NCBI RefSeq assembly: GCF_018350175.1
Contig: NC_058368.1
Location: 124,932,001 to 124,996,000, forward strand
Length of the DNA stretch: 64,000 nt
Origin: Felis catus
Lineage: Eukaryota
Direction of reading: 5' to 3'
Position numbers and translations under genes: made by a program. The notes below the pieces were generated by a model, which worked only from the letters and a program-made list of their open reading frames with translations, had not been told where the DNA came from and searched no databases. Shown here one piece after another: positions 1-13,742 of the stretch (position 1 is its first letter; each line of letters opens with the position of its first letter).

Positions 1-3000
1 CTCATTAACTGTCAGGAATATCACTGCAAATAACTATGAAGACCAGTTAAAACTTTGTACAAATGGAGATGAGGTTAAGACACTCAAGGTTACCTTACTA
101 ATTACCATTAGTTTAGAAAAGGTAATGTATATAGATTATGTGTCATCTTGAGAGGAATTTATTTTTTATTATTTTGAAATTATTTACTAGAATAATGGAA
201 AACACAACTTTCAGAATTATGTGATATGGGATAAAGCATATCACTGGTAGTACATAGATTAAGGTTCTCATCACTTTGTGAGGACATAGGGCTGGTTTTC
301 TGGGTTTGGTTTTCTCATCTGTGAAAAGAAGAGGTGACTTACATAATCTCTTGGTTCCCTTAAAGATCTAACAACTTTACAAAAATTTAATTTGAAAATT
401 ACCGCTTGTGGCTGTATTTAGTTCTAATTACTGAAATGATTACTTTTGTGAACTTACATACTCTTGAAATTTTAAACCTGGATATCAGCCCTAACAAGAA
501 ATACAAATGAAAATCAATGAAGGCCTAGAAAAGTGGAATCATGTTTATTAACTGACATTAAATGATGAGAAAATCCTTACTTTTTTTTAAAGCCTGTAAC
601 TGTACTGGGAGTATAGTATTTTGCAAAGTGGAGAAAAATTAGGACTGAGTAATTAGCATGTTCATGTTTAACAGCTATGGTTAGAGAAGAGTTTTGAAAG
701 TAACTTTGAATCTAATTTTTGGTAACTATACTGTTAAAAGCTGTTTTGTTTTTTGGGTTTTTTTGGTTTAGCTTTAATTGTATAAGGAAAGGATATCCCC
801 AGGGATATCTTCTAACGAACAAAGCCCTCTTTTGTCTTTTTCCTAAATTTGTAAAGTTTTTCCATAAATGCCCATATGTATACATTCTTTTTTACTTAAA
901 ACTTTAAAATGCATTGTTCAGTGACACTTAGTTGTATTGCTTCCTGATATTGAAAATTCAGATTTAACTGTATTGCGGGGGTTCTTTTCACATAATTTGG
1001 ACAGAGTTGGCAATTCCTAGAAAGTATGAATTTCATTATGAATTTTTTTTCTTTTTAATCTAATAGCTTGGTGCTCAAGTTCTAGAAGAATATGACTTTC
1101 AGGTAGGTTTGGAATAAGGCTTTTTAACTGACTTAATCACTGTTGATTGTACCAACTTGAAGCATAGCCACAGAAAATCTCTTGCCCATTGCTATTCTTC
1201 ATGTACAGAACTGAAGCTGCTTCTAATTCATTGCTGAGCACATCCAGTACTAATCACTGTTTGTCTTTGGATTCCTGGTACTGAAGAATACTTGACCTTT
1301 TCTGCTTCCATCACAACCCATACAGTTCCTGGATTTTGAATGTTGGGATCAGCTATTCAGATATTTGGGAGCACTTACTACATGCTGCTAGCACCTGATT
1401 TATCCACAGACACAGCTGTGATGAGAAATAGAGCAAAGTTCTTTTGAGTCTCAGTTGCAATTAGCACTATTCCTTTAGCTTATTGTGACTGATAACTAGC
1501 AAAAGTTTTTGTTACCACTGAATAAGGCAGGTAGACTGTCAATTTGCACAATGCAAACTGAAATCATCCTGCAGTTTTATAAATGCATGGTAGAACATTT
1601 CCTCCACTGCAAGAGGATTCTCTAGGAGTTTTAAATAATGCCAGAGATGTGTGAGAACAGAGCCTTCCGTTTTGAGGATTAGATCCATAAAGACACTTTG
1701 GGCATCCAAGAGAAAAGGTTTATGTTGCAAACTTCTTGATTTCTCTTCTCCCTCTTACTTCCTGGGCCAAGTTTTGGTGATAAAATCTAAAACCATCAGT
1801 GTCTGAAAGTCATCTTATCTCTAAATACAGCAACTTGCTAAGAATTAAATTGTGTAATATAATGCTTTATTCTGATTGAAGGTTCCCCAAAATACTGAAT
1901 GTCACAGATTTTAATTACTAAAAGCAAATGAGTAGAAATTTCTTATAGGAGTAGAGAATATGGTTGGCCATATACCGAGCCAAGGTGAAATTTTTGTTTC
2001 TGAGTTCTTTCTCTGTTTAATATTCCCTGCCTACAACACATACACATGTCATGTCCCCTGCCCCCTGACCCCCCAAAACACAGACAGGTCTTGACTTTTC
2101 ACTTGTGCTGGACAGTGGCTCTAAGACTTGCTGTTAGTAAGCCACCTGCACTGAATTCTTTGCCTTAGCAAGTTTCCTATAATGCCATTGCAATCACATT
2201 TTTTCTCTATTTCTTAGTCCTTTATTAAAAATAAATATTACTTTATAAATTATTTATTAAGCATTGATAGGGTTTGCCCTTGTGATCAATTTGCTGTACA
2301 CTTTGGATAGTTATACCATCCTTCTCTTCATAGGCTGATTTCTGTCCTCATGCTTTGGGCTACTTTTGCCCCAATATATTATTTCATGGGAATACAGAGC
2401 ACAGGAGCTACATTTTATATTGGCTGAAGCCGTATTGTTTTTAAATCTGTCACAGAAATTAGCCCAAAGACCTAGAAAAATAATACGCTATCAATTATTG
2501 ATTTTTTAAATAGCTAATCTGGGACTGATTTTAAGTGTACTGTGAGAAATTGCATTAAAAACATTGATAAAACATTAAAAACAATTGATATTTATATTTC
2601 GTAAAAAGTTTCTGCTTAAGGGATATATTTTAAGTGTTCATTTTTCCCCCATATGCTTAGTTAGCCGTGTGCATCAAATCTTTCTAAATACAGTGGTTTT
2701 TTCCATAAACCGTTAAAATATCCTGGAAATGTTATAATTTCAGAATTTCAGCCCTTTCTTCCACAGCTCTTCTACCTGTGAAAATGGGATAAAATCTTGT
2801 TTTCTTAAGATGATGTGTAAGAATTTGGGGTTTGGACACTGTGGTCACTGTGAAGACATGACAGCCATCACCACCTCCCCTCCAGGATTATGTCACCTGT
2901 GATTGTTGTGAGGAAATGGTGAAGTTAGCGCTCTTGGCTGCTGTGGCTTTCAGTTTCTGCCCTGCTGCCTAGTAGTTATTTTGGGGTCTCCCCTGTATAA

Positions 3001-4409
3001 GTCTGAGAAGCAAAATATCACTGGGTCTCACCCTGGATCCTGGACATCAGAGGGGTCCGCTGCTATGCTGCAGCTGAAGCCGGGGTGGAATCCCTGGCTT
3101 ATGTCAGTTCAGGTACCAGAGAACTGCTTCTGGATAAGACTTGCTCAGGATATTGACCTGTTCTCCCTTGCTGGAGCACAGAAGCAGCCATTGAGACTTT
3201 TAGAGGCGACTAGATCAGGAATGGGATGGAGAACAGAGGGGCTGCTGGTGGTGGCAGTGATGGCAGTGGCAGGAGCAACTGAAATCGATCTTCACGGCCA
3301 GTGAACTGCAAAACCTGATCAGCTTCTTACGGGATAGCTAGACTCTGACAGAGGCAGATGGACCACAAAACACCTAGGCCTAAATTTTTTTTAGCCTCTG
3401 ATTTGTAACTTGATGTGTTTCTAATTATTCATTTTGTGATTCAAGTTTAATCAGACTAACTACAAGTGGGGCCTTTAGACTGCCCTTTCAAAAAATTGGT
3501 AGCATGTTCACTTCACTTATTAAATGATATTTTGAATCATTACCTGTTACTTTCTCTTAGAACTTTAAACATTCTTTAAAAACGTGAATATTTTAGTCTA
3601 TTTCAAGATGTTTATTATTGCTTAAGTAGGACTAATGAAAAAAATTAGGAACAAATGAATTCCACAAGAATTTTTCTTTGACCTCTGAAGAGTCAAATAG
3701 CCCAACTTAAAGGTGAGAAAATGTGGATAATACTTTGAAAATGAAAACTATTCTGATAGAAAATTGAAGTTTTCTTTCCTGTTTCATTTAAAATGAAAAG
3801 CCTAATCAAATTGCATTTCAAATTCAAGAGTTGTTTATGGACACATCTGATTCCTTCTTTCCCCTTTCAGCTATTGTATAGGGAATTTTCTGTGTCTTTA
3901 GTTGAAAAACATCAAACCTGCTCTCCAGGAGCTGATTGTGGTAGACGGCGTGTTAGCATCAGCTCACACCAACAGGCCTGTACCCAGTACTATCTTCCCA
4001 CCTGTGCAGACCATTGAGTAAAGTACTTGAACCACTTTGAGTTTGTCCTCATCTATGAATGGGAAATAATGTCTTTCATACTTCAAGCATTTGAGAAAAT
4101 TGAATGAAATGATGGCTATGAACGTGCTTTCAAAAGGTAACAATACAGCACTAGGATTTATGGTCCCAGCACTTCAGAATTCCAAAGTGCAAGCACCTGC
4201 CTTTCTAAGTATCACAGTGGCATTAGAGACCTGGAGCAGTGGAGTCCTGGGCTGAGGCGGCTGGGGCTGGCCAGTGCTGAGTTCCCATCAGCTCATCCTA
4301 GTTCAGCAGCGCACTCCTGCTGTGCTGCTCTTATTGGAAAGAGCAGTAATAGCTCACTTCCTCCGTGCCTGGTCCACTGGGTGCATCCTATAGCTTCTCT
4401 CATTTAAGA

Positions 4410-4555
4410 CTTACACCATCCTTGTGAAGTTTTATTCCCATTTTACAACTGAGAAAGCAGACACTCTGAGAGTTGAGGTAACTTGGCAGCTAGTTGACCT
4501 TGAAGCCTGGATGTGAACCCTGGTAGTCTGACTCCAAGACTGTGTGCTCTTAACC
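4410..4555 (-). mobile_element. MIR fragment
   Basis: ttattcccattttacaactgagaaagcagacactctgagagttgaggtaacttg...gtctgactccaag. Confidence 0.6.
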
Positions 4556-4691
4556 TTTTTGATAATCTTTTATATATATATATAACACACACACATATAC
4601 ATATATATACACTATATATATAAATATATGTTTTATATACGTTATACATATATTTTAAATCAGGAGATAGGTTTGAGTTACATCAGCACAT

Positions 4692-4835
4692 TTTTTTAAA
4701 GTTTATTTATTTTTAGAGAGCATGAGTGGAGGACAGGCAGAGCCAACGTGGGTCTCAATGTCATAAACCATGAGATCGTGATCTGAAGTGAAAGCAAGAT
4801 TTGGACACTTAACCAACTGAGCCACCCAGGAACCC
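4692..4835 (-). mobile_element. Can-SINE (internally deleted)
   Basis: Reverse-complement tRNA-derived head; TSD cagcacat. Confidence 0.8.
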
Positions 4836-5103
4836 CAGCACATACATTTTATTATCTTTTATTTATTTCCTTTTCTTGCCTTTTATTGGAGTAAAAATCA
4901 TATCTGATTATGACTATTTAAATTATGGTTAAGTCTTCCAGAATACACAGGAAGCATCACTGAACCATGTTAACATTTTTCATTGTGATGTGAAGTTGGT
5001 ATAAAATAAAGCCAATTGTAAACACAAATAAATTTAGACTTCATTGTGTTTACTGTGCCAGAGAAGAGAGTAGGCTCTAGGGTGCAAATATGGTCGGATT
5101 CTT

Positions 5104-5518
5104 TTTTTTTTTTTTTTAATTTTTTTATATTTACATCCAAATTAGTATATAGTGCAACAATGATTTCAGGAGATTACTTAGTTCCTCTTACCCATTTAGC
5201 CCATCCCCCCTCCCACAGTCCCTCCAGTAGCCCTCAGTTTGTTCTCCATATTTATGAGTTTCTTCTGTTTTGTCCCCCTCCCTGTTTTTATATTATTTTT
5301 GTTTCCCTTCTCTTATGTTCATCTGTTTTGTCTCTTAAAGTCCTCACAGGAGTGAAGTCATAGGATTTTTTTCTTTCTCTGACTAATTTCACTTAGCATA
5401 ATACCCTCCAATTCCATCCATGTAGTTGCACATGGCAAGATTTCATTCTTTTGGATTGCCGAGAAATACTCCAGTGTGTGTGTGTGTGTGTGTGTGTGTG
5501 TACACCCTACATCTTCTT

Positions 5519-5558
<40 letters not shown>

Positions 5559-5605
5559 TACACCCCACATCATCTTTATATATATATACATACACCCCAC
5601 ATCTT

Positions 5606-5648
<43 letters not shown>

Positions 5649-5908
5649 TACACACACACACACACACCCCACATCTTCTTTATCCATTCATCCATCAGTG
5701 GACATTTGGGCTCTTTCCATACTTTGGCTATTGTTGATAGTGCTGCTATAAACATGGGGGTGCATGTGTCCCTTCAAAAGAGCACACCTGTATCCCTTGG
5801 ATAAATACCTAGTAGTGCAATTGCTGGGTCTTAGGGTAGTTCTATTTTTAGTTTTTTGAGGAACCTCCATACTGTTTTCCAGAGTGGCTGCACCAGTTTG
5901 CATTCCCA
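5104..5908 (-). mobile_element. 5'-truncated carnivore L1 (ORF2 end, 3' UTR, polyA)
   Basis: Minus-strand peptide WECKLVQPLWKTVWRFLKKLKIELP; T-run at left; 18-bp TSD aaatatggt(c/t)ggattctt at 5086-5103 and 5909-5926. Confidence 0.92.
5474..5682. repeat. Compound (GT)/(TA)/(CA) microsatellite with 4 copies of a 20-bp L1 unit
   Basis: yacacc(c/t)acatc(t/a)tcttta-like units at 5501, 5559, 5591, 5663. Confidence 0.9.
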
Positions 5909-8189
5909 AAATATGGTTGGATTCTTAATGCACAGACCTTTGCCAACAGAATGGGGATGTGCTTGGAGTGCACGTGCATTAGAAGTCGTCATTGTTAACA
6001 CCGTGGAGCCTTCACCCTTCACAGAGTGCACGCACAGACTTGGTCTCCCCTGCACCCTGTGACACTGCCATTATTCCCATTATATAGTTGGTGGAGATAC
6101 CTCACAAGAGTTAGGCAGCCTCTCCAGGCAAATGAAGTAGTAAGAGACAGAGTAGTAATCCTCTGTTCTGTATTTACACCCACTCCCTCCTGTGCCGCCT
6201 CTCCTCAGCTTGCACCTGAGTGTCCTAGTGCATGCTCCAAGGTAGCTGCCTTGGGTATTTCAGGCATTTTGAAATTTATTTCTTTACACCTAAATGTAGT
6301 TATTAGAACTCTTTGTGTAAGTGGGTCTTAAAAAAATATTTTTCATGTCCAGTGGTTTTAAATAAAGATTCAATTCAGACTTCAGCATTTTTTTTGGTTG
6401 GTGTAATTTAATTGTTGGTTATGCCTATTTACTAATTTGAGTAAAGATATTAACATCTAAGGCTAACATCCAATATAGAAGTATGCCTAAGTGAATTCTA
6501 GTCCATTTATTCTCTTATTGATGTTTGTTCTCTACTAGTAATGTAAGTTAACAAATGCCTGCCTCCCAAATGTGGAATCTTTGTTTTGTGTTCAGCAGAC
6601 ATCTTCTTTGATAATTAGAAGAGCTTAGTGGCTTTGAGAAAATTCAGTAATCTCCCTGACCCTATGCCTCCCTAACAAAGGCGATTATCTTTAACTATAG
6701 AAAGTCCAGTCAGGTAAAAATGAAATCTCCTTCAGGGCAAGATAAATATCTTTGCCCTTAACTGTCTTTTATTCCCTTATTTTGTTTTCTTAAAAATTAT
6801 AGTAATGTTTTTGCTGTCCTATAAAACTTACATACGTGCTCCTTGTAGAAACTTAAACTGTCACCTCAACTCAGGCCATGTTTACTGGCATACTGTGTGC
6901 ATACTACTGTGCTAGGAACTCATTTGGGGAGGTAAAAAGATGATTGACTTCTTGTGTCCTCTGACTGGTTATAGCACTACTGGTAGCTAGGTTCAGGAGA
7001 AACTCTTGGAGAAAATAGGGGTAGTTGTCCATTCTGCCTGGATTTGACAGTATTCATATATATACTGGATATGAGGACAACTTCATAAATGCTGCCTACT
7101 GATTATCTTTTTAGGGTACATATGATGTAGGCATTGAAGAAAAAAGATGAAGAAAGAAATACCGTTGTGCTGTAAGAAAGGCCTCTTAATAAAAAATGTA
7201 AGCTGACACACACACACTCTCCTAAGAAAACAATCAAAAATGATGCAGTGCCAAACTCCTGAAAATGATTTTATTATGTGTATTTTACTTATATACATCT
7301 TTTAAGAAAATAACTTGTGGAAAGTAAGATATGCTTAATCTTACATATCTTATTACAGTGATAATAATTCCTCCTTTGGGATTGAAGTTTCATGGCTTCT
7401 TATGAATGTTTGTAAGGATACCTTTGCTCACTTGAACCCTGGGTTGCTCAGAATCTTTCACAATTGCTGAAGATTGAAGAATGAATGGGGAGTTGCTGTG
7501 GGCAATTTTAATTCCTTGATAGATCAGCCCCGGTTCATTTCCGGACCTCTGAAAGAGTAGTGGGGAAATCCTAGCTCAGATTCCTCCTTCTGAGAAGTGC
7601 CAGGATTTCACAGAAGAGAGCAGAGGAGAACCTGCAAAGGAGATGTTACAGGACAGATGACACCCAAAAGGCAGGGGAGAGGACATTGTCCATGGAGAAA
7701 ATGGTCAGCAGTGGCAGTGCCATTGGGCAAGGAATGTGAAGGTGGTAGTGACTGTCTTCTGACCAGCAGTTTTAGTGGGGTGGTGGGCATCGGAGCACCT
7801 GTGCTTCGTTAAGGAGTAACAGGGCGGTGAGGAAGCACAGGCTCCTCTTGAGAAGCTGGCAGAAGATGGAAGGGGAGAGAGGAGAAAGCCTAAGGGTTAG
7901 CAAAGGCAAAGAAGCATTTAGGATTGATGTGATTGGTCTTTATTTTAAGGCTAGGAGAGGGGAGAATGCTTATAGACTGAAAAGATGGAGCAAAGAGAGG
8001 AGGTTTTGTTGTTCAAGTAGTGAGCGTGCTTTTCTGAAACAGACGTTTCTTGAGGAGGAGGCTGGGAGGGCACTTGACTGAATGGTGAATAGGAAGCCAG
8101 TCTGTGATTAAAAGTTTGCCATGGTTATGAAATATGTAGATAGGCATTTTTTTCTGTGTTTAAATTATTGTAGTTCATGGTGTAACAAA

Positions 8190-8300
8190 ACATTCGCTCA
8201 CTCAACAAATTTATTAAGAACTGGCTATGTGCCAGGCGCTAGGAATACAGCAGTGAGGGAACAGACAAAAATTCCTGCTCTTACAGACATTATGTTCTAA
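8190..8300 (-). mobile_element. L2 3'-end fragment
   Basis: cattcgctcactcaacaaatttattaagaactggctatgtgccaggcgct...acagacaaaaattcctgctc. Confidence 0.6.
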
Positions 8301-9169
8301 CAAAACACGGTTGTGATTGTACTTGGAACCCATTTCATGGTTTCTACATGCACAGTTTGTTCATGTCTTACAGACTTCCCTGAGGGTGACAGGGAACACT
8401 TTTTTTTTTTTTTTAAGTGACTTTCCCTGCCCCAAGTGTTCAGCAGATTGCTTTCTGTCCAAGCCATCTTGGTGGCTCTGATAGTTCTCTACCCTCTTCC
8501 TAATTGTCACTTACAGTTGCCTCTTAGAAATAGTAACCTACAGAATGTAGGTTACAGTGCTATAACCAGTCCTGTTTTAACTTGGTCAGCATGCATACCT
8601 AACTGGTAGCCAGTCACAGTTTGATGCTGAAGGTGTGGTGTGGTGATGCATGTAGGGGTATGATCCCATAGTACTTTCTTGGTAATAAAGTATCAAAGAT
8701 TTGAAATATTTTTAGAAAAATAGTTTAGGACATATTTAGAAATATCCCCATAAATATTACTCTGTTGTATAACAGATATAACTGATAGGCTTTCTTTGGT
8801 GGAAAGTGGTAGAGATATGGTGTATGCTTGGCACTTATGCAGTTTATCTTCTCTCTGCCTCAGGTAGAGGGTGACTTATTGCTTATATATGGCTAGTTGC
8901 TGTGGCCTTGATAAATTATGCTCTCTGAACAGTTTTTTGAAGTTTTGTCATATCTTTATGTAAACATTAAACTGATGGGAACACGGTTGAGAACAGCTGC
9001 TTTAGCTTATTTGTGAACACTTTGGACATCCATTCAGTTCTGCTGAAGGACCCAGGAGTGTCCCATGCAGTCTGCCATCCTGAGAATGCTTGTTTGGAAC
9101 AATGAACATCTTTGTGTCATTGGCTAACGTTGAATTCATTTGAATTTTATTTTTTAGTCATATTTGTAT

Positions 9170-9392
9170 TTTTTTTAATTAAATTTTTTTTTATCTTTAT
9201 TTTTGAGAGAGAGACAGAGACAGAGCATGAGTGGGGGAGGGGCAGAGAGAGAGGGAGACACAGAATCCGAAGCAGGCTCCAGGCTCTGAGCCATCAGCAT
9301 GGAGCCCGACATGGGACTCAAACTCACGGACCGTGAGATCATGACCTGAGCCAAAGTTGGATGATTCACCGACAGAGACACTCAGGAGCCCC
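9170..9392 (-). mobile_element. Can-SINE (feliform type)
   Basis: (GA)n region and T tail; TSD tagtca(t/c)attt(g/a)tat. Confidence 0.9.
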
Positions 9393-10628
9393 TAGTCACA
9401 TTTATATATTCAATGAAAGACTTTCATTGCAACTCACTCCCAAATCTTAGAATAAAATTGGTCTTTTAGAAATTGATGGTCTATTTTTCATGCTTATGCT
9501 ATGGCTTCTAATGCATCCCACCAGCTGTTTTCCCCTAAACTAGGAGAGTCCATGTTTGAGGAGCCTAGATTTGGGCTTCCAACACTGCCGCTTCCCTGGA
9601 CATACCCCCATTCATCAACCCCCTTGGCTAATTCCCTCTGAGGTTCCTTCCTAGTAAGATAGTAGTCTCATGACTTCTGCCTCTCCCCTCCCATGCACAA
9701 ATCCTTTTGGGTTTTCCTTCAAGACTTTTTATTCTTACTAACCACAGGAAAATCATCAGGCATTAACAAAATGAGAGTCATGCTCAAGTTCCCAAACTTT
9801 GGGAAAGTTTTTTTCACTGAAATACAAATGTCTAAATTTGTGGTTCTTGGCTTCTTTTACCGGCCATCTCTTAGTGTTCTACTGGGATGAAATCTTCCAC
9901 TTTTCATTCTTTCCACAAAGCGTGGTCATAGAGATATGGTCTGGAGGCTCATATTGGGAAGGCATTCCTTCCTCCCAGCCAGCCGTGTATAGGTACCAAG
10001 CATTTGAAGGTCCATAATGTTAGAATGGAAAATGAGTAAGACCTGGTCTTACCCTCAAGTAAAATATAGCACAAGGGGAAAGATCAGCCTTTTCCTTTAT
10101 TCAGCGTGTATTTATTAAGTATCTCCCATATGCCAAGCTTTTTGCTAGGGTGGGGGACATAATGTTGAGACACCCCCCCCCCACTTTCTGCCCTCAAGGA
10201 TTGCACAGTCAAGTGTTGGAGACAGATAAGTGTCCATTTTAATAGTGCAATTTGCTGAGAGGGGATGGAAGAATCTATCCCTCACTCCAAACTCAGACTG
10301 AAAGCCAGCCTCTGGGACAGTTTCTCTAAGGTAGAGATGACCCTAGAACTTGAGTGGTAAGGTGACAACTACAGGGCATTGAGACCAAGAGATACGCCAA
10401 GGAAAACTAGACAAATTTTATTTTTATTTTTTCCTTCTTCTGTGTACTAGATAAACTCACATTTTATTGTCAGCTTTGTTTCCATTTTTCAACCTAAAAG
10501 TTTCGAGGTTGCATATCAGCCAGAATGGTGATGAATTGAGTCAAAGTTATTCCAGGTAAAAAGAATATTCATATACATGCTTAGGAAAAAGAGTTGGTGC
10601 CTGCCATGATTTAAAATGGGAATAACAT

Positions 10629-10861
10629 GGGGCACCTGGGTGGCTCAGTCGGTTGAGCTTCAGGCTTCGACTCAGGTCATGATCTCACAGTCCGTGGATT
10701 TGAGCCCCACATTGGGCTCTGGGCTGACGGCTCGGCGCCTGGAGCCCGTTTCGGATTCTGTGTCTCCCTCTCTCTCTGTCCCTCCCCCACTCACGCTCTG
10801 TCTCTCTCTGTCTCTCAAAGATAAATAAACATTTTTTAAAAATAAATAATAAAAAAATAAT
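10629..10861 (+). mobile_element. Can-SINE (feliform type)
   Basis: ggggcacctgggtggctcagtcggtt head, (CT)n, A tail; TSD ~aaaa..ggaataaca. Confidence 0.9.
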
Positions 10862-11276
10862 AAAACAGGAATAACACAATAATACAATTTATATATGTAT
10901 AATCTTTTGCCCCATTTTCATTCAGATCATTCTTTTATAACTGAGTTAATTAAAATTAGAGATGGTTAAAATGACTGTCTTTTGAAGAATGTACTAGGCT
11001 GTCATAAGTCAAAACCTGCCATTTTAAAATTAATGCAATTATTGGATTCTACTAAATTGTACCTTTTGCTACAGTGAAAAGAAATTGGCATATTCAGGAA
11101 CACCTCCAGAATTCTGTTGAAATAAGGAAGACGTTATTTAGGTAGACAGACAGAAATGATTCAGACTATATTTGGGACCGGATATCAGAATTAATGTACC
11201 TTCTCTTTAAAGTGATTAGTGGGGCAGATGACATCTTTGATAGTAATAATCACTTAGGTTACATTTTTAAGGAAAG

Positions 11277-11293
11277 AGTGCCACCTGCTGAAT
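11277..11293 (-). promoter_or_regulatory. Candidate CTCF site in intron 1
   Basis: Minus strand ttCAGCAGGTGGCAC matches core CASYAGRKGGCRS. Confidence 0.35.
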
Positions 11294-12590
11294 GAAGTTT
11301 TTTTCTTCTCATTCCATTCTAGAATGTTCTGTTTCACTTTGAATTCTTAGTTTTTTCGACTATATATAGATAGCTTATGCCAGCCAAAGAACAAAGAAGT
11401 TAGGTTCACTCCTGATCTCATCTTCCAGTGGATTAAATAAGGTGTGCCTAGTATTCTTAGAGGAGGTTTGTGCCATCAAAACCAGTTGCAGAAAATAAAA
11501 CCTTAACCTAAACACGATTCAGCACTTTGCAAGTTTCAAAACCTTCCCATGATTGTAATGTACTCACTGGCCCAAAGTTTTTGTTTTGTTTCAAGATGGG
11601 TATGTGGACACTCATTGAGTAGGAATAGGTGAGCAAATGTCTGGGAAGAAATTATGCCAAGGAATAACTGAAGGGGAATAAGGAACATACGAAATTGGTC
11701 AACATCTACTGGGGGAGACCTCAGTCACCTAGAATGTTAGTACAGAAGTAGTTTGATCACAACTTGGCTGTAGGTCATTTGAGGAGATTCCTGAAGTCAA
11801 GTTGGAAATCTAAATACCTATTTCACAATAATCCATAAGGTACTTTTATAGTTATTAACAAGATGTCATCTCATCAGTGAAAGGTTGAGAACGTGAACAC
11901 TAGCAAACACAGCAGTAATAGAATTAAAATATTTTATTTGAGAATTTTACATGGCCATTACTTGTAGTTTATTGACACATTTGTGGTGTTTTGGCTTAAT
12001 TTATTGTTAGGCGTCAGTCATTTGCAGCTTTTTCCACATGTTTATTGGACTATATAAGTAGAGAATTTTTTTCTTACCAGAAGAGCTAGACAGTACACTA
12101 GATTGATTTATACTTGCTGATATAGACAGAGTAATTGTACAGCCCACAGAGGAATGACATTTTGTATTAAAATCTGGAACTAAAAAATCATATATACATT
12201 GTGTAAGGTATTAGAATTTATTCCATATAAAATGTTTGTTTTTTATTCAAATATGTCAAGTTTGTGTCCTAAATACCAGATGTAATTAACCAAAGGTTAG
12301 TCACTTTTTCAGTTTGAGGAATGAATTGTATCTAAGACAGCAGATCTTAAAAAAAAAGTTGCAGTGATATCTACTTTTATTACTTAAATAAGCAGTAATA
12401 ATTGGCTGAATGAATGATAAGCATTCTAAATATAAAAAGCATAATATTTAATAATACAGAATCAAAAAGATTTTACAGTAATTGTGTTTTCAGGCTAGCA
12501 CTCAAAATGACACATTAAATATTAACATCTCAGCTTTTCTTCATTTACAAAAAGCAAACCATCACTTCTGTGACACAGATTAAGCATTTC

Positions 12591-12795
12591 TTTTTTTTTT
12601 TTTTTAAACGTTTATTTTGGAGGAGAGCACAAGTTGGGGAGGGGCAGAGAGAGAAGGGGCAGAGCATCTGAAGCAGGCTCTGTGGTAACAGGCTGACAGT
12701 AGTGAGCCTGATGTGGGGCTCAAACTCATCAACCACGAGATCATGACCTGAGCTGAATGGACACTCAACTGACTGAGCCACCCAAATGCCTCCAT
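12591..12795 (-). mobile_element. Can-SINE
   Basis: TSD attaagcatttc at 12579-12590 and 12796-12807. Confidence 0.88.
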
Positions 12796-13527
12796 ATTAA
12801 GCATTTCGGAAATGATGACACCAGATTAGGATAAAAGCAGGCCGTATGTCTGCAGAGAGCTCTGGACCAGGGGAGTCAGAATTCAAATTGGACCATTGTC
12901 ACCATTGCAGCCAAGACTTGACCAGAAACCAGCCATGCTTCATTTCTCATTTCAGGGTAGGTACTACTTTACATCTTTTTGACTTGTAGCACTTAAATAT
13001 GCAAAAATGGCTGTTCTTTTAAGAAAGAGAAATTTGTGTTTAATTAAAAAAAAAAAACTAGAAGAGTTTTTAATGTAAAACAACTGAAAGTCCATGTTTT
13101 GTGGTCTCTCCTTTCTTGAATGTTCTTCCTAATAGGTGTTTGACATTTCCGAGAGAGCTTTGATAGACTCATAAATATAATACTCACCTCTTTTCGTAAT
13201 GAGGTTTAAATTGCTTTTATGTAATGACTATCAAGTGTACAGAGTCTGTAAGTTTGGTATTTCCTAGCCTGAGTTTTCATAGGGTCTATGGATTCACATG
13301 TGTAGCTTGCTGATGGTAAGAAAGGCTTCTCAGATTTTAAAATACTGGGAGCCACAGGATTATAGGAGTAGCAAAGAATATTTTACACAAATAAACTATT
13401 AGAAGGTACTCTCCAGATTTAACAAATAAGGGAGTTTATGGGTCATGTTGAGCTTTATATTTTTGTTTATATTATATCTCCCTTGTAGGACTAAAGCATT
13501 TATATAGTGGCATTAATAAACGAATCA

Positions 13528-13733
13528 GGGGTGCCTGGGTGGCTCAGTCAGTTAAGCATATGACTCTTGGTTTCGGCTCAGGTCATGATCTCGCACAAAT
13601 CAAGCCCCTTATTGGGCTCCATGCTGAGCATGGAGCCTGCTTGGGATTCTCTCTCTCCCTCGCTCTCTGCCCCTCCCCCACTCACACGCATGTGCTCTCT
13701 GTATGTATGTATATGTGTGTGTGTGTGTGTGTA
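13528..13733 (+). mobile_element. Can-SINE ending in a (TG)n microsatellite
   Basis: ggggtgcctgggtggctcagtcagttaag head; abuts the L1 fragment. Confidence 0.85.
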
Positions 13734-13742
13734 TAATTAAAC

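Noticed and set aside
5474..5682. Repeat-spacer-like pattern resembling CRISPR
   Set aside because: The spacers are simple TA/CA repeats and the unit is L1-derived.
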